Positions 19,311 through 29,088 of a stretch of 64,000 nucleotides of DNA are shown here, piece by piece. This DNA comes from Escherichia phage kaset, in the sequence record PV245935.1, one strand, 5' to 3'. The notes under the pieces are model-generated. The model did not search any database, had not been told where the DNA came from, and was given only the letters and a program-made list of their open reading frames with translations. Position 1 is the first letter of the stretch; every line of letters starts with the position of its first letter. A program made the translations under genes and the position numbers.

Positions 19311-22049
19311 ATGCAAAAGTTTGACACAAACCTGTTGCAAAACCTTAAGTGGATGCAGAACAACGCGCCAAACATCACATCTTTGGTTCAGAAGAAGAGT
19401 GACTGGTATGAGCGATATCAAGATCAGTTTTGGATTGACTGGTACAAGAACATATTCAACATTGATACTTGTGATGCAATGGGCATCTATATTTGGTGTG
19501 ACATCCTATGCATACCAAGGGATTTTGTTGACTTAAGCAACTATGAGCACAACTGGGCGTTTGGACCCACACGCGACAACTTCGAAGGGCCGGACAATAT
19601 CGGCGGCAACTTCTTTGGTGCTGGCGGAAAGGTTGTGAAAAACATCGAAGAAGCCCGCATCCTTCTGAAGCTTCGTTATCTGACGCTTACAAGTGATGGC
19701 CGCATAGAAAGCATCAACCGTATGCTTAAGTGGATTTTCAACCGTGGAGAAGATTGGGATTACTCTTCATCGCGCTACGCATATGTGACAGATAATACTC
19801 AAGGCGCGGTGTCTTCTTCTGAAGCAACAAACGGCTCATTCCTTCTGTACGACTGGCAGGGGTCAACTGAGATTCAGCACGATTATAAACAAGTCCTTTT
19901 GAGCCACGGCAACAACGCAGGACTTACCATAAGTGGGGTGGCAGGGACCGTTTCGCGAATGGCACACCCAGACTGGTATTCATGGGGTAATGGTTCCGGC
20001 GCTGGTATTGTCGGCGGCGATACACGACAATATGGCGGCCCTGACTATTACGGCCAACTGTGCGGTGACTACCCAGGAGAGGCCATAGAGAATTTCGCCA
20101 ACGCAGTACGGGTCATCAAGACCGCTTCCAGCGGCGAGCCTGTGTATTCTTTGGCCAATAATCCAAGCGCCCAATCTATTGCGCTTCCTTCTCAGGCTGG
20201 TGTCAACGTTTGCTATAGCTTCTACATAAAAGTGCTTTCTGAAAACGTGGCTTCTGTTTCCGTAACAGAGAACAGTGATGCATCGAGTAATGGAAAACTT
20301 TTCGACCCAGTGACTGGTCAGTTCAATCTTGACTCTTCTTTGAGTTATTTCATCACAGGCAAGTTCGATGGTGTGAGAAGGGAATCAAACCGTGGTGGCA
20401 TCAAGGCAATCGGCGGCGATTGGTACAGAATCTGGATTGTAGAGCAAACTGCAAACGCGACGGCTGGGGTGAAAACAAGCTTTTCAATTGAGTTGAAAGC
20501 AACTGCCGCTGGATCAACCCAGACTCGCGAATTGCCTGAAGGGTCTGATGCGCTTCTTTTTGGATACTCCATTTGCGTTTGCGACCCTGTTCAAAATCCT
20601 AATGGGCCTGAGCCTTATTTCTATGGGACTCAAAATCCTCCTGCAGATGGAACGGCAATCCTGTCTGTTACGGCAGGAACGCTCAACAACATATCTTGCG
20701 CAAACGGTCCGTTGACCACAAGGGATGGCGTGGTAGGTGAATCATTCATGCAGCCTGGTTCATCGCTTGCATACTCTGGTTCAATCGGCGGCTACCCGTA
20801 CCCAGGAAACGCAACATTGATTGCAGAGACAGATGGAATCAGACGCTCATGGAACGTTAGCCGACTGGACGGAGTACCGCCGCCGCCGACCGCTGACTAT
20901 TACATGGAATATGTCATCGGACCTTATTTCGCCAACAACTTGTCTGATAACTTTAAGACGCTAGTTGGCGACAGGAATGAAGGATTCTTGCCAGCAAATG
21001 CCGGAATACGTTGGCAGCTTTACCAAGAAGTCGCAGACTTATCTGATATTGATTTGACTGTCAGCAACATAACAGACACGCGAGTAGGATTTGAAACGGA
21101 AGGTGTCGCATGGATTAACACTGACGGCATCATCAGAGTTGGCGGCATAAACGAGTGGCCGTTGAACAACTTCAAAGGTGTTATACGACAGCTTGAATCT
21201 TTGAAAGGTGTGAACCAAGTTATCGACGGCGCACTTGTCAACGACTATTCAATCTCAAAAGCATCAAGAGATGACTTTGGTCGTGAAATCCCACGTGCCG
21301 CGATCACAAACTACTGGCGATACACACAACCCAATGACGGCACATCTTTTGGAAATATCGTCAAGGACGGAGATAACACGGTAACGGCGACGCCAATCAG
21401 CGGTGTTCCCAACCAGTTCCCATCATTCAAGCTTTCCGCTACAATAGGGACTGTGCCAGCGTCCGGCTATGCACGTGCTGTACTTGCTACTAAATACACT
21501 GGCAACCTGACTGGTCCTTTGTCATTTATCGCAATAGTTAAAAACAACACGGCAAACGGTCAAAAACTTTTCGTAACCGTACCGGATGGTATGGGCGGCT
21601 ATATCCCTAAATTCTACAGCATAGGCGCAGGTGATTTGCAACGCATCGAAATTGACCTTGCCGCTGAGATTGTTGCAGGAACGACTTGGGATGGTTCGAC
21701 AGGTGGAATCAGCATTGGTTTGATATCAGGGAAAGACTTGCCGACCGAAGTCGGTACGACTCTTGAACTTGATATTTTAAGCTTGATGCTTGTTTCTGGT
21801 AATACGATGAATGCGCTTGCGATTTCAACAAGCGAAGACTTTGCAAAGAAAACTGCAACTTCCATATACATCAAAAACCCAGGGTCACTGGCGACTGGAG
21901 TTCAATTGATAGCTTCGAATGGGGATGTTGTAGCGACAGTAAACTTTCCAAGAAGTGCTGCTGGCGGTTATGTTTCAAGCATGAATATAACTGACTTAAC
22001 TGGTGATTGGGCATCGACCCTTTTATCAAAAATTAAATACATCGTGTAG
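19311..22049 (+). CDS. Large baseplate wedge / fiber-associated structural protein
   Basis: 912 aa ORF upstream of tail fiber gene. Confidence 0.5.
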   Translation: MQKFDTNLLQNLKWMQNNAPNITSLVQKKSDWYERYQDQFWIDWYKNIFNIDTCDAMGIYIWCDILCIPRDFVDLSNYEHNWAFGPTRDNFEGPDNIGGNFFGAGGKVVKNIEEARILLKLRYLTLTSDGRIESINRMLKWIFNRGEDWDYSSSRYAYVTDNTQGAVSSSEATNGSFLLYDWQGSTEIQHDYKQVLLSHGNNAGLTISGVAGTVSRMAHPDWYSWGNGSGAGIVGGDTRQYGGPDYYGQLCGDYPGEAIENFANAVRVIKTASSGEPVYSLANNPSAQSIALPSQAGVNVCYSFYIKVLSENVASVSVTENSDASSNGKLFDPVTGQFNLDSSLSYFITGKFDGVRRESNRGGIKAIGGDWYRIWIVEQTANATAGVKTSFSIELKATAAGSTQTRELPEGSDALLFGYSICVCDPVQNPNGPEPYFYGTQNPPADGTAILSVTAGTLNNISCANGPLTTRDGVVGESFMQPGSSLAYSGSIGGYPYPGNATLIAETDGIRRSWNVSRLDGVPPPPTADYYMEYVIGPYFANNLSDNFKTLVGDRNEGFLPANAGIRWQLYQEVADLSDIDLTVSNITDTRVGFETEGVAWINTDGIIRVGGINEWPLNNFKGVIRQLESLKGVNQVIDGALVNDYSISKASRDDFGREIPRAAITNYWRYTQPNDGTSFGNIVKDGDNTVTATPISGVPNQFPSFKLSATIGTVPASGYARAVLATKYTGNLTGPLSFIAIVKNNTANGQKLFVTVPDGMGGYIPKFYSIGAGDLQRIEIDLAAEIVAGTTWDGSTGGISIGLISGKDLPTEVGTTLELDILSLMLVSGNTMNALAISTSEDFAKKTATSIYIKNPGSLATGVQLIASNGDVVATVNFPRSAAGGYVSSMNITDLTGDWASTLLSKIKYIV

Positions 22050-22059
22050 AGGAACGGCA

Positions 22060-23847
22060 ATGCCAACACTTATTAACAGACCTTTCGCGCAAAGCGGTGA
22101 TGTATCCGTGGTGCCGGATGCAAGCCCAAGCGGTTATGTGAACTTCCAGCGCGGCTACACTCCTGACTATGCGCTTGCGCTGGAGGCCGGAAACGTCGCC
22201 GCGAAAGCTGTTGAGCGCGAATCGATGAACTGGTTGCTGAATTTGATTACAGACAACCTTATGTTTATTCAAGATCATGGCGCTCAACAATATTTCTCTT
22301 CTGACTTGAAGCCGGATGGATACCCGAAAAACGCCATTGTTGTCAGCAACTCTGGAACGCCTTCAGCACCTGAGTGGCGCATCTTTCAAAGTGTGGTTGA
22401 CGGCAACACAAGCGCAGTACCAGCTAACGGAGAAACGGAATCTTGGCAGGAATTAACACTGCCCAGCGAAGCGCGAAAATACATTCCTATGCCTGCTGGC
22501 GGCGATGCGCAAAACCCGTATTTTGTTCGCGGATTGATTTCAAGCGTTGTCGACTTTGACAATATTACGACTTCCACAACTATTGTCATCCAATCCGATG
22601 CCGTTGCCGCTCTGTGCTCTAATATTCCGAATGCTGTTGGCGCGACGAAGGTTGCAGGTCGCCTTCAGGTTTGCGCTTGGCAGGTCGATGCGCAAACGTT
22701 TGCGCTGCAACAATACACGTCAATGAACGGATATGTTTTTACCCGCTCTTATACGTCTGGTGCTTGGAGTGCTTGGATTCAAAATGCCACCGTTCAAGAT
22801 GTGCAAATTGGAACGCCGAATCTTGCATCAGGTAAAGGCGCGCAAGATATAATCCTCACCGTTCCAGCAGGGTATTCATGGCCTCCGTCAGCAGGTAGTC
22901 GTTTGACAATCGTCAATGATGTAACGACTACCGGACCTGTCACCGTGACCATTGGTGTAAACAAAGTTGCCGTTCTTGGATTCGACGGCGGCGAGCTGCC
23001 AGCTGGCGCTATCGTAGGCTTGTTGCCATTCACCATAATTTATGACGGCACTGTTTGGCGTCTCCTTCAGGCGTTTGGCGCGGCGCAAATCGGCGTTGAT
23101 GCTACTGAGCCGCAACAGTTTGTTACAAAGCGCCAACTCGATGCTTTGGCTGCGAAATTGATCACTATGGGCGACGTATTCGAAGTCGGTGAGACTCGAT
23201 TCCTCACCAACGGAACAGACCCGAATACTAAACTGGGCGCTTACGGCCAGGTATGGACACGACTTCCTGATAACATGGTCATCAGAACATCTGGCACGGC
23301 GCGAAACGGTCTTGCCACTGGCGGCGCGGACTCTGTTACTCTCACCGCTGCAATGCTTCCTCTCCACAATCACAGCGTGAACATTACCACGCGACAAAGT
23401 GGTCCATGGTCTAATACCACTGGAGATGCTGGAAATCACAACCACACAGGTGATACAAGTCAAAACGGTGCTCACGTGCATGGAATGGATACGGCAGGCA
23501 ACCATCACCATGACAGCAGCTGGGGTGAAGCCAATACTAGCGATGCGCGGTACGGCGTTTATGATGGGACACACAACAACTTCGGAAGTCGCAAAGGCGG
23601 CGACTGGGATAACTACAAATACAACACTTCGACTAACGGCAACCACGTCCATAATATTCAATCTTCTGGATCACACACCCATGGATTGAATATAAATTAC
23701 GCTGGCAATCACAGCCACAGTTATACCCTTCCCGCTCACACTCACGATGTGGTCGGTAACACTGGCAACGCAGGGCAGTCGGTGCCAACGGCTGTTGCGA
23801 CTTTGCCGCGATACGTTGTCTTGAATGGCTGGTACAGAAGCGCATAA
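22060..23847 (+). CDS. Tail fiber protein with His-rich C-terminal tip
   Basis: ATG 22060 after GAGGA RBS; C-terminal region has seven HxH motifs (NHNH, HVH, HHH, HVH, HTH, HSH, HTH) as in metal-binding fiber tips. Confidence 0.65.
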   Translation: MPTLINRPFAQSGDVSVVPDASPSGYVNFQRGYTPDYALALEAGNVAAKAVERESMNWLLNLITDNLMFIQDHGAQQYFSSDLKPDGYPKNAIVVSNSGTPSAPEWRIFQSVVDGNTSAVPANGETESWQELTLPSEARKYIPMPAGGDAQNPYFVRGLISSVVDFDNITTSTTIVIQSDAVAALCSNIPNAVGATKVAGRLQVCAWQVDAQTFALQQYTSMNGYVFTRSYTSGAWSAWIQNATVQDVQIGTPNLASGKGAQDIILTVPAGYSWPPSAGSRLTIVNDVTTTGPVTVTIGVNKVAVLGFDGGELPAGAIVGLLPFTIIYDGTVWRLLQAFGAAQIGVDATEPQQFVTKRQLDALAAKLITMGDVFEVGETRFLTNGTDPNTKLGAYGQVWTRLPDNMVIRTSGTARNGLATGGADSVTLTAAMLPLHNHSVNITTRQSGPWSNTTGDAGNHNHTGDTSQNGAHVHGMDTAGNHHHDSSWGEANTSDARYGVYDGTHNNFGSRKGGDWDNYKYNTSTNGNHVHNIQSSGSHTHGLNINYAGNHSHSYTLPAHTHDVVGNTGNAGQSVPTAVATLPRYVVLNGWYRSA

Positions 23848-23855
23848 GGTGATTT

Positions 23856-24500
23856 ATGATTAATGCAAACGTAATATCTAAAGGGACCGGATGCAGCATG
23901 GATGTTGCAGAGAAATGGGTGGACCCTTTCAAGCAGGCTTGTGAGCACTACGGAATCAAAAGCAAGAATGCCATCGCGGCATTCCTTGCAAACGTAGGAG
24001 TAGAGACGGGCAGCTTGAAAACCTTTGTGGAAAATCTCAACTACTCTGCTCAAGGTCTTGCCAATACATGGCCTAGTCGTTACAGCGTCAACGGTCGTTT
24101 CGGCGGCGCACCCAACTCCTTGGCATTGTCGATTGCCCGTAAACCAATGGAAATCGCCAATAATACATACGCAAACCGCATGGGCAACGGTTCAGTATCA
24201 TCTGGCGACGGTTGGAAGTACCGTGGCCGTGGTGCCATTCAGCTAACCGGAAAGGCTAACTATGCTGAATATACGCGTCAATCAGGCTATGATGCATTGA
24301 ACAATCCTGATATTCTGACTGAACCAAAATACATTGCTGACAGCGCGGCGTGGTTCTTCAAGAACAGCGGTTGCATTCCACTTGCTGATGCAGGCGCATT
24401 TGATTCGACTGTGAAGAGGATTAACGGGGCCGCGCCGAATACGGCTAACCATGGGGATTTGCGACGGAAGCGTTACAAGGATGCACTAGCAGTTATGTAA
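23856..24500 (+). CDS. Endolysin, glycoside hydrolase family 19 (chitinase-like) type
   Basis: Motifs AAFLANVGVETGSLKTFVENLNYSA and KYRGRGAIQLTGKANY typical of GH19 endolysins; RBS AAGGTGA. Confidence 0.75.
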   Translation: MINANVISKGTGCSMDVAEKWVDPFKQACEHYGIKSKNAIAAFLANVGVETGSLKTFVENLNYSAQGLANTWPSRYSVNGRFGGAPNSLALSIARKPMEIANNTYANRMGNGSVSSGDGWKYRGRGAIQLTGKANYAEYTRQSGYDALNNPDILTEPKYIADSAAWFFKNSGCIPLADAGAFDSTVKRINGAAPNTANHGDLRRKRYKDALAVM

Positions 24501-24501
24501 G

Positions 24502-24532
24502 AAAAAGGCCCATATGGGCCTTTGTTTATTTT
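24502..24532. terminator. Bidirectional rho-independent terminator between convergent genes
   Basis: Palindrome AAAGGCCCATATGGGCCTTT with T-runs on both strands. Confidence 0.6.
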
Positions 24533-24738
24533 ACGGCTTCAACTTGGACGGGCGGAGCGGAACTTGTATCAATGTCTGGCAAGTCGAAGTAATACCCCGC
24601 CATACCAATCACACCTACAATCGCGGCCCGTGCCACCTTGTTGCTAATTGACTCCCCAATAAGCTTTACCAACAGGGATAAGATTTGAGACGTCAAAGCC
24701 TTTTTCAGCCTTTTGTTTTCTTCCAAATCTTTCTGCAT
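24526..24738 (-). CDS. Small membrane protein (possible holin-like), hypothetical
   Basis: ATG at 24738 with GGTGG RBS; single hydrophobic segment AAIVGVIGMAGYYF; function unverified. Confidence 0.4.
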   Translation of the reverse strand: MQKDLEENKRLKKALTSQILSLLVKLIGESISNKVARAAIVGVIGMAGYYFDLPDIDTSSAPPVQVEAVK

Positions 24739-24752
24739 AACTACCACCCATG

Positions 24753-25295
24753 TCAACGCACTTCCTGTGTCTTAACATTACCTGAAGCATCTCTCAAGGG
24801 CAGTGGATAGTAGGCCATTTGGTAGTCTGATACGCCTTCAATGTGATAAAACACGATTACGTCTTTGCTGTTGATGAGCATGTTAACGACATCTGATTTA
24901 TCTTCTGGAGTGAGTATTAGTGCGCCGCCTGTCCTGCTGTCTACTGCAACAGGGTATGTCTTGTCGACAAGGCCGCTGTCCAATGTATTATACCTGACAA
25001 CGATTTCAGGGGCATCAACTTTTGCCATCGACATTCCGAACACAAACGACACGACCTGCCGACCGCGATCATTCATTACGCACATCTTTTCTTTGTCAAA
25101 TCTTTCTTTTATTACGTCGTATTTATTCCAGCAAAACTCAAATGACTGCCCATTGTTGAAATATCTTGTCAAAACTTTTGCACTTCCATTCGGCGGCGTA
25201 AACATATTTTCAGCCGATGCAGTCTTGGTGAAGAATATAACTGTCAGCATAGCCATGATGATGATCAAAACAATCTTTAATTTGTTCGCTTTCAT
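24753..25295 (-). CDS. Secreted/periplasmic protein with signal peptide, hypothetical
   Basis: N-terminus MKANKLKIVLIIIMAMLTVIFFTKTASA resembles a Sec signal peptide; RBS AAAGGTGA. Confidence 0.55.
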   Translation of the reverse strand: MKANKLKIVLIIIMAMLTVIFFTKTASAENMFTPPNGSAKVLTRYFNNGQSFEFCWNKYDVIKERFDKEKMCVMNDRGRQVVSFVFGMSMAKVDAPEIVVRYNTLDSGLVDKTYPVAVDSRTGGALILTPEDKSDVVNMLINSKDVIVFYHIEGVSDYQMAYYPLPLRDASGNVKTQEVR

Positions 25296-25365
25296 TATAA
25301 TTCACCTTTTGATTATGAATATTAATAGTATAGGCTCAAGGTTTTGAAAGTAAATACGCCGAAAG

Positions 25366-25396
25366 TAAATAAAAGAAAAGCCGGAAATTTCCGGCT
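25366..25396 (-). terminator. Rho-independent terminator on - strand
   Basis: Palindrome GCCGGAAATTTCCGGC followed by T-run on - strand. Confidence 0.55.
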
Positions 25397-25470
25397 TTAT
25401 GTATACACTGTATATTAAATTCTAGAAAACGGCGCGATAGATTATACGCACCAATTATTTATCCAGTGTG

Positions 25471-26445
25471 TTAAAAATACTCCATATCGGTAATATCACG
25501 GAAGCATTTATACAAGGCAGAGCGCGGCACGTCAACGATGCCAAAGTTGAAGAATTTATATGTCAGATACTTGTTGCGATAATTCTCGCGATTCTCCCAA
25601 AGCATTTTTCTCTCTGCCATAGGCATTGAACCAGCGGAGACGCGGAAAGGAATCATTTCACCTTTCTCATCAACATATTTTGGATTGACAACCACAAATG
25701 ATCCAAGGTATCCTTTTGCAACTAAGCCTTCAGCCTCTTTCGAACGCTTAGTGCGACCCAACTCATCAATGAATGCTTCGTTGTTGTTCTCCATCATCTC
25801 AACGAAGTCTATGATCAGTCCTTCTTCATCGGTCCACGGCTTGTCCTTCCACACATCACGTGACTTTGGCGTCGCGCGACCATGCTTGTATTTGCCCGTC
25901 CAAGACTTGCCATACAAGCCTTCATAGCCAAGTTGGTCTGCTTCGATTTGCATTGCCGCGTACTGTTCCATATTTTCGATGTTGCGATATTCGAGAGCGC
26001 GAAGGAATGGACGTCGGCCATGGTCAATGAGATATTGATTGACCTCAGCAACGCGTCGATTATACTGCTCATAACGTGCCGAGAAAGGCAAATCAGGTTC
26101 GCTAAAGTCATCAAACACCCACCATGTGAAGTTTGTTATAGCATCGGTATTCATGCAGGCGGTATAGGCTTGCTGCATTACGTTCTTATCATTCGGATTG
26201 CCGTCAATAAGCTCTCCATCAAGGCCGTGAATCAATTCACCCAAAAAGAGGAACTCTTTTTTAATCTGGACGTTTCGAAGCGCCATGCCGGACGTACCCA
26301 TTGGCAAGTTGTCATACGCCATCGCGCGTATGCCATCGACCTTGAAGGACAACCCGCAAGGCAGCGGCACATCTTCGCCACGCTCGATAATTTGTTTACG
26401 CTGGCAACCTTTCATTGGTTTTAATGCTTTGATTTCCCCTGCCAT
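25471..26445 (-). CDS. ATP-dependent ligase-like nucleotidyltransferase (DNA or RNA ligase)
   Basis: Motif I KVDGIRA (KxDGxR); EGLYGKS resembles motif IV. Confidence 0.55.
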   Translation of the reverse strand: MAGEIKALKPMKGCQRKQIIERGEDVPLPCGLSFKVDGIRAMAYDNLPMGTSGMALRNVQIKKEFLFLGELIHGLDGELIDGNPNDKNVMQQAYTACMNTDAITNFTWWVFDDFSEPDLPFSARYEQYNRRVAEVNQYLIDHGRRPFLRALEYRNIENMEQYAAMQIEADQLGYEGLYGKSWTGKYKHGRATPKSRDVWKDKPWTDEEGLIIDFVEMMENNNEAFIDELGRTKRSKEAEGLVAKGYLGSFVVVNPKYVDEKGEMIPFRVSAGSMPMAERKMLWENRENYRNKYLTYKFFNFGIVDVPRSALYKCFRDITDMEYF

Positions 26446-27038
26446 TACTCGCGACCCTCATTCATTACTTGTTCCATTGCGTAGGCATAAGCCTGATCAG
26501 TCGATTTGATAAACGTGCCGTTGTACATCACCCCTTTACGGTCCTTGATGTCTTCATAGGCGGCTTGAGCGCAATCAGACAGTCGAAGTCCATAATCATG
26601 CGCTACGCCGGAAAGATAATCGACTGCGGCCATGATAGTGACATCAATATCCATGCTTTGATTTTTAGCAATGGCGTCACCAAGCCGTCCGAGAGTCTTC
26701 GCCAAGCGAAGGATAAAGGAATGAGGGTGAGCGCCTTTGTCAGCGCAACCGCCGCCGATGATGTCTTCGATTTTTGCACCATTTTGCGCGGCAAGAATAG
26801 TTAACACAACAAGGCAATCACCGATGTCGTCCTTGATTGCGGCTTGCAAATCACAAATGGCCTGCTCTGTATATCCGATTTCAGGGTCAAAGAACACAAG
26901 GTCATGGAGTTGATCCACGTGGTCGGTCAACTCCCCAAACTCGCTAATAAGCTTCGGGTATTGGTCTTTAAGGTCGCAACCTTTGATGATGTTACGGTCA
27001 GAAGCCCATTGGCGAATGTTTGCATAAATCTGGTTCAT
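26445..27038 (-). CDS. MazG-like nucleotide pyrophosphohydrolase candidate
   Basis: EFGEL and IGDCLVVL segments resemble MazG EExGE / GDxL helices. Confidence 0.45.
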   Translation of the reverse strand: MNQIYANIRQWASDRNIIKGCDLKDQYPKLISEFGELTDHVDQLHDLVFFDPEIGYTEQAICDLQAAIKDDIGDCLVVLTILAAQNGAKIEDIIGGGCADKGAHPHSFILRLAKTLGRLGDAIAKNQSMDIDVTIMAAVDYLSGVAHDYGLRLSDCAQAAYEDIKDRKGVMYNGTFIKSTDQAYAYAMEQVMNEGRE

Positions 27039-27553
27039 TTATTTTCCTTTGATGCGTTGAATTGGTCGATTTTAATTTTAGCCTGATTATAAGTATCAAT
27101 CAAGCTATTAACTTTCTCTTTTAATCGGTTCGTTTCTGCGGCGAACTGAACAAGAAATCGGACATCCTCTTCTGATAGTCCACAGTTTCCTTCTGGGATA
27201 GAGAGGCGTCCAGTGGTCGCAGAGTAGGGCACACTCCTGAGTAATTCACGGGAACAGCTGAGTTGCTCGCGCAGCTTGATATTCCCAGACTTGTAACGAG
27301 CAATAGTGTCATCAGCAACCAGTTGCGCTTCCTGGCGACCCTTCTCATATGCCGATGCCGATTCAACCTGTAAAGATGCAATTTGCTCTTCGAGTGCATT
27401 TATCTTGTCCTTACGCTCATTAAGCGATGTCAGATATTGATTGTCCTTGGCCAGTGATGCGTTGGTTTGCTGAAGGTCTTCAACGTATGATCCAGCGGCG
27501 AACGCGCCAACAAGGGCCAGAATCTTCAGTAGCGGTACAATTCTTTCTATCAT
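27035..27553 (-). CDS. Rz-like inner-membrane spanin (i-spanin)
   Basis: N-terminal TM segment LLKILALVGAFAAG followed by long coiled-coil-type sequence; embedded lipoprotein ORF in +1 frame. Confidence 0.6.
   Translation of the reverse strand: MIERIVPLLKILALVGAFAAGSYVEDLQQTNASLAKDNQYLTSLNERKDKINALEEQIASLQVESASAYEKGRQEAQLVADDTIARYKSGNIKLREQLSCSRELLRSVPYSATTGRLSIPEGNCGLSEEDVRFLVQFAAETNRLKEKVNSLIDTYNQAKIKIDQFNASKENK
27121..27399 (-). CDS. Rz1-like outer-membrane lipoprotein spanin (o-spanin), embedded in Rz-like gene
   Basis: Signal-peptide-like region with lipobox-like ISSC (LLLVTSLGISSC); out of frame within 27035..27553; AAGGA RBS before 27399; alternative internal starts at 27348 or 27312. 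Confidence 0.5.
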   Translation of the reverse strand: MHSKSKLHLYRLNRHRHMRRVARKRNWLLMTLLLVTSLGISSCASNSAVPVNYSGVCPTLRPLDASLSQKETVDYQKRMSDFLFSSPQKRTD

Positions 27554-27610
27554 GATGCACCAGATAAATAAAAGGCCGCCAATCGGCAGCCTTGTTGATT
27601 TGATTGTCGA

Positions 27611-28471
27611 TTAAAACTCTTCTGCGTCGGTCGGAGTTTCATTGACAGGACCAGCGGCACCACTTGCTTCTTCCTGCTTGCTGCGGTCAATGTTAACGTT
27701 GCCGCCAACTACGTCGTTGTGGAACGCTTTGGCGACTTCGTACAGGCCTTTGTCCTGCACCAGACCTTCCAGCTCAAACTTCAGGACGGACCAGGTGTTG
27801 CCGTCTTTGGACTGAGACGCAGTACCCATGCGAACGATGTTCATGAAGGTCGGCGGCATTTTCAGGCCCTGCGGAGTCTGAACTTTCTTCTGCTGCAGCG
27901 CGGTCATCAGCATGCGAGACGGCTTGATCATGGAAGAAGTCAGAGACAGCATTGCGCTACCAAATTCACCAGTTTCTTCGTTCAACAGGATCACAAAGTG
28001 GTTACGTGTATCTGCGTAGTAAGGTGATTTCTTCTCGTGCACCTTGCCGTTTTCGTCTGGAACAAACACCTTACCGTTGATCTCAACAGCGCGGCCTGCC
28101 GCGACTTCTGCATCAACGTGCTCTTTGGTAAATTCACCTTTAAAGCCTTTATCGTCGGACTCGCGACCGCCCCAAAGGATGAAGGTGCGTTTGAATGCAC
28201 AAGGGATGATCTGCACGCCTTTCTTGCCGTCATACAATTCACCAGTAACGGTATTGTACAACATACCAGCTTTTGCGCCAGGAACGTGTTTTGGATCATC
28301 TTCGTCGACCATCGGAGACATCTTTTGCAGTACGACGATAAAAGGAATGGCATAAGCGTCGGCATCGGCACCTTCAAAACCAGCGCCAAAATCGGTCATA
28401 TCGACAAAATCAGCCATAGCGGACATCTGGGTGTTTTTCACTGCAACTTCGGTAGTTTCTTTCTTAGACAT
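27611..28471 (-). CDS. Putative ssDNA-binding protein (T7 gp2.5-like by C-terminal acidic tail)
   Basis: Acidic C-terminus ending ...TDAEEF; location within replication module; similarity judged by eye. Confidence 0.4.
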   Translation of the reverse strand: MSKKETTEVAVKNTQMSAMADFVDMTDFGAGFEGADADAYAIPFIVVLQKMSPMVDEDDPKHVPGAKAGMLYNTVTGELYDGKKGVQIIPCAFKRTFILWGGRESDDKGFKGEFTKEHVDAEVAAGRAVEINGKVFVPDENGKVHEKKSPYYADTRNHFVILLNEETGEFGSAMLSLTSSMIKPSRMLMTALQQKKVQTPQGLKMPPTFMNIVRMGTASQSKDGNTWSVLKFELEGLVQDKGLYEVAKAFHNDVVGGNVNIDRSKQEEASGAAGPVNETPTDAEEF

Positions 28472-28530
28472 TTGATGTTTTCCTATAGTATCAAGTTTCG
28501 TGGCAACCTGATTTCAAGATAAAGGTTAAA

Positions 28531-29088
28531 TTACTTTTTGCTTTTAGGCAAGGTTATTTTAGCTTCTTTATACTCAAAGACGCTAATATCTTCACTGACT
28601 GGATTACCCGCTTCCAGCTGTTCTTTTACGAATGACTTCAGTGTAGCAGAATGAACGCCTTGTTTCAACGTGGCTTCAATACCGTCTTCACGCAGCGCGG
28701 CAACAATCTCTTGCGCTTGCTCGATTTCTTCGCGACCGAACTCAGCCGTGACGCTGGACTTGATCAAGCCGCCGTAACCGTTGTTGACAAGCCAATCGAA
28801 TACTTTCAATTCATTTTCTTTCTTAATTGAAGCATTGACTTTTGACTCGACCTTGATTTTGGTCTTGTCTTCAAGCTTGATTTCGGACACGCCAAGCTCA
28901 TCCATAACGCCAGGAAGCAGAACAGTTTTGATTTCACTGATGCGCTGCTTTTGCATATCAGCTTCATCTTCAAGCTCTGTCAAAGCTTCTTGGCGTTCTG
29001 CCAATTCCGATACTAAGCGCGCAAGGCGCTCTTGGATGCTCTCAGGAGCGACCTGCGGCAAATCATCTTCCCAATTAATATTGCTCAT
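28531..29088 (-). CDS. Hypothetical protein
   Basis: ATG with RBS AAGAAGGT; start codon lies in first copy of a 52-bp tandem repeat. Confidence 0.5.
   Translation of the reverse strand: MSNINWEDDLPQVAPESIQERLARLVSELAERQEALTELEDEADMQKQRISEIKTVLLPGVMDELGVSEIKLEDKTKIKVESKVNASIKKENELKVFDWLVNNGYGGLIKSSVTAEFGREEIEQAQEIVAALREDGIEATLKQGVHSATLKSFVKEQLEAGNPVSEDISVFEYKEAKITLPKSKK

Noticed and set aside
22888-23661. Track ORF on - strand (257 aa) inside the tail fiber gene
   Set aside because: Entirely antisense to the well-supported fiber ORF 22060..23847; Cys/Val-rich translation without RBS support.
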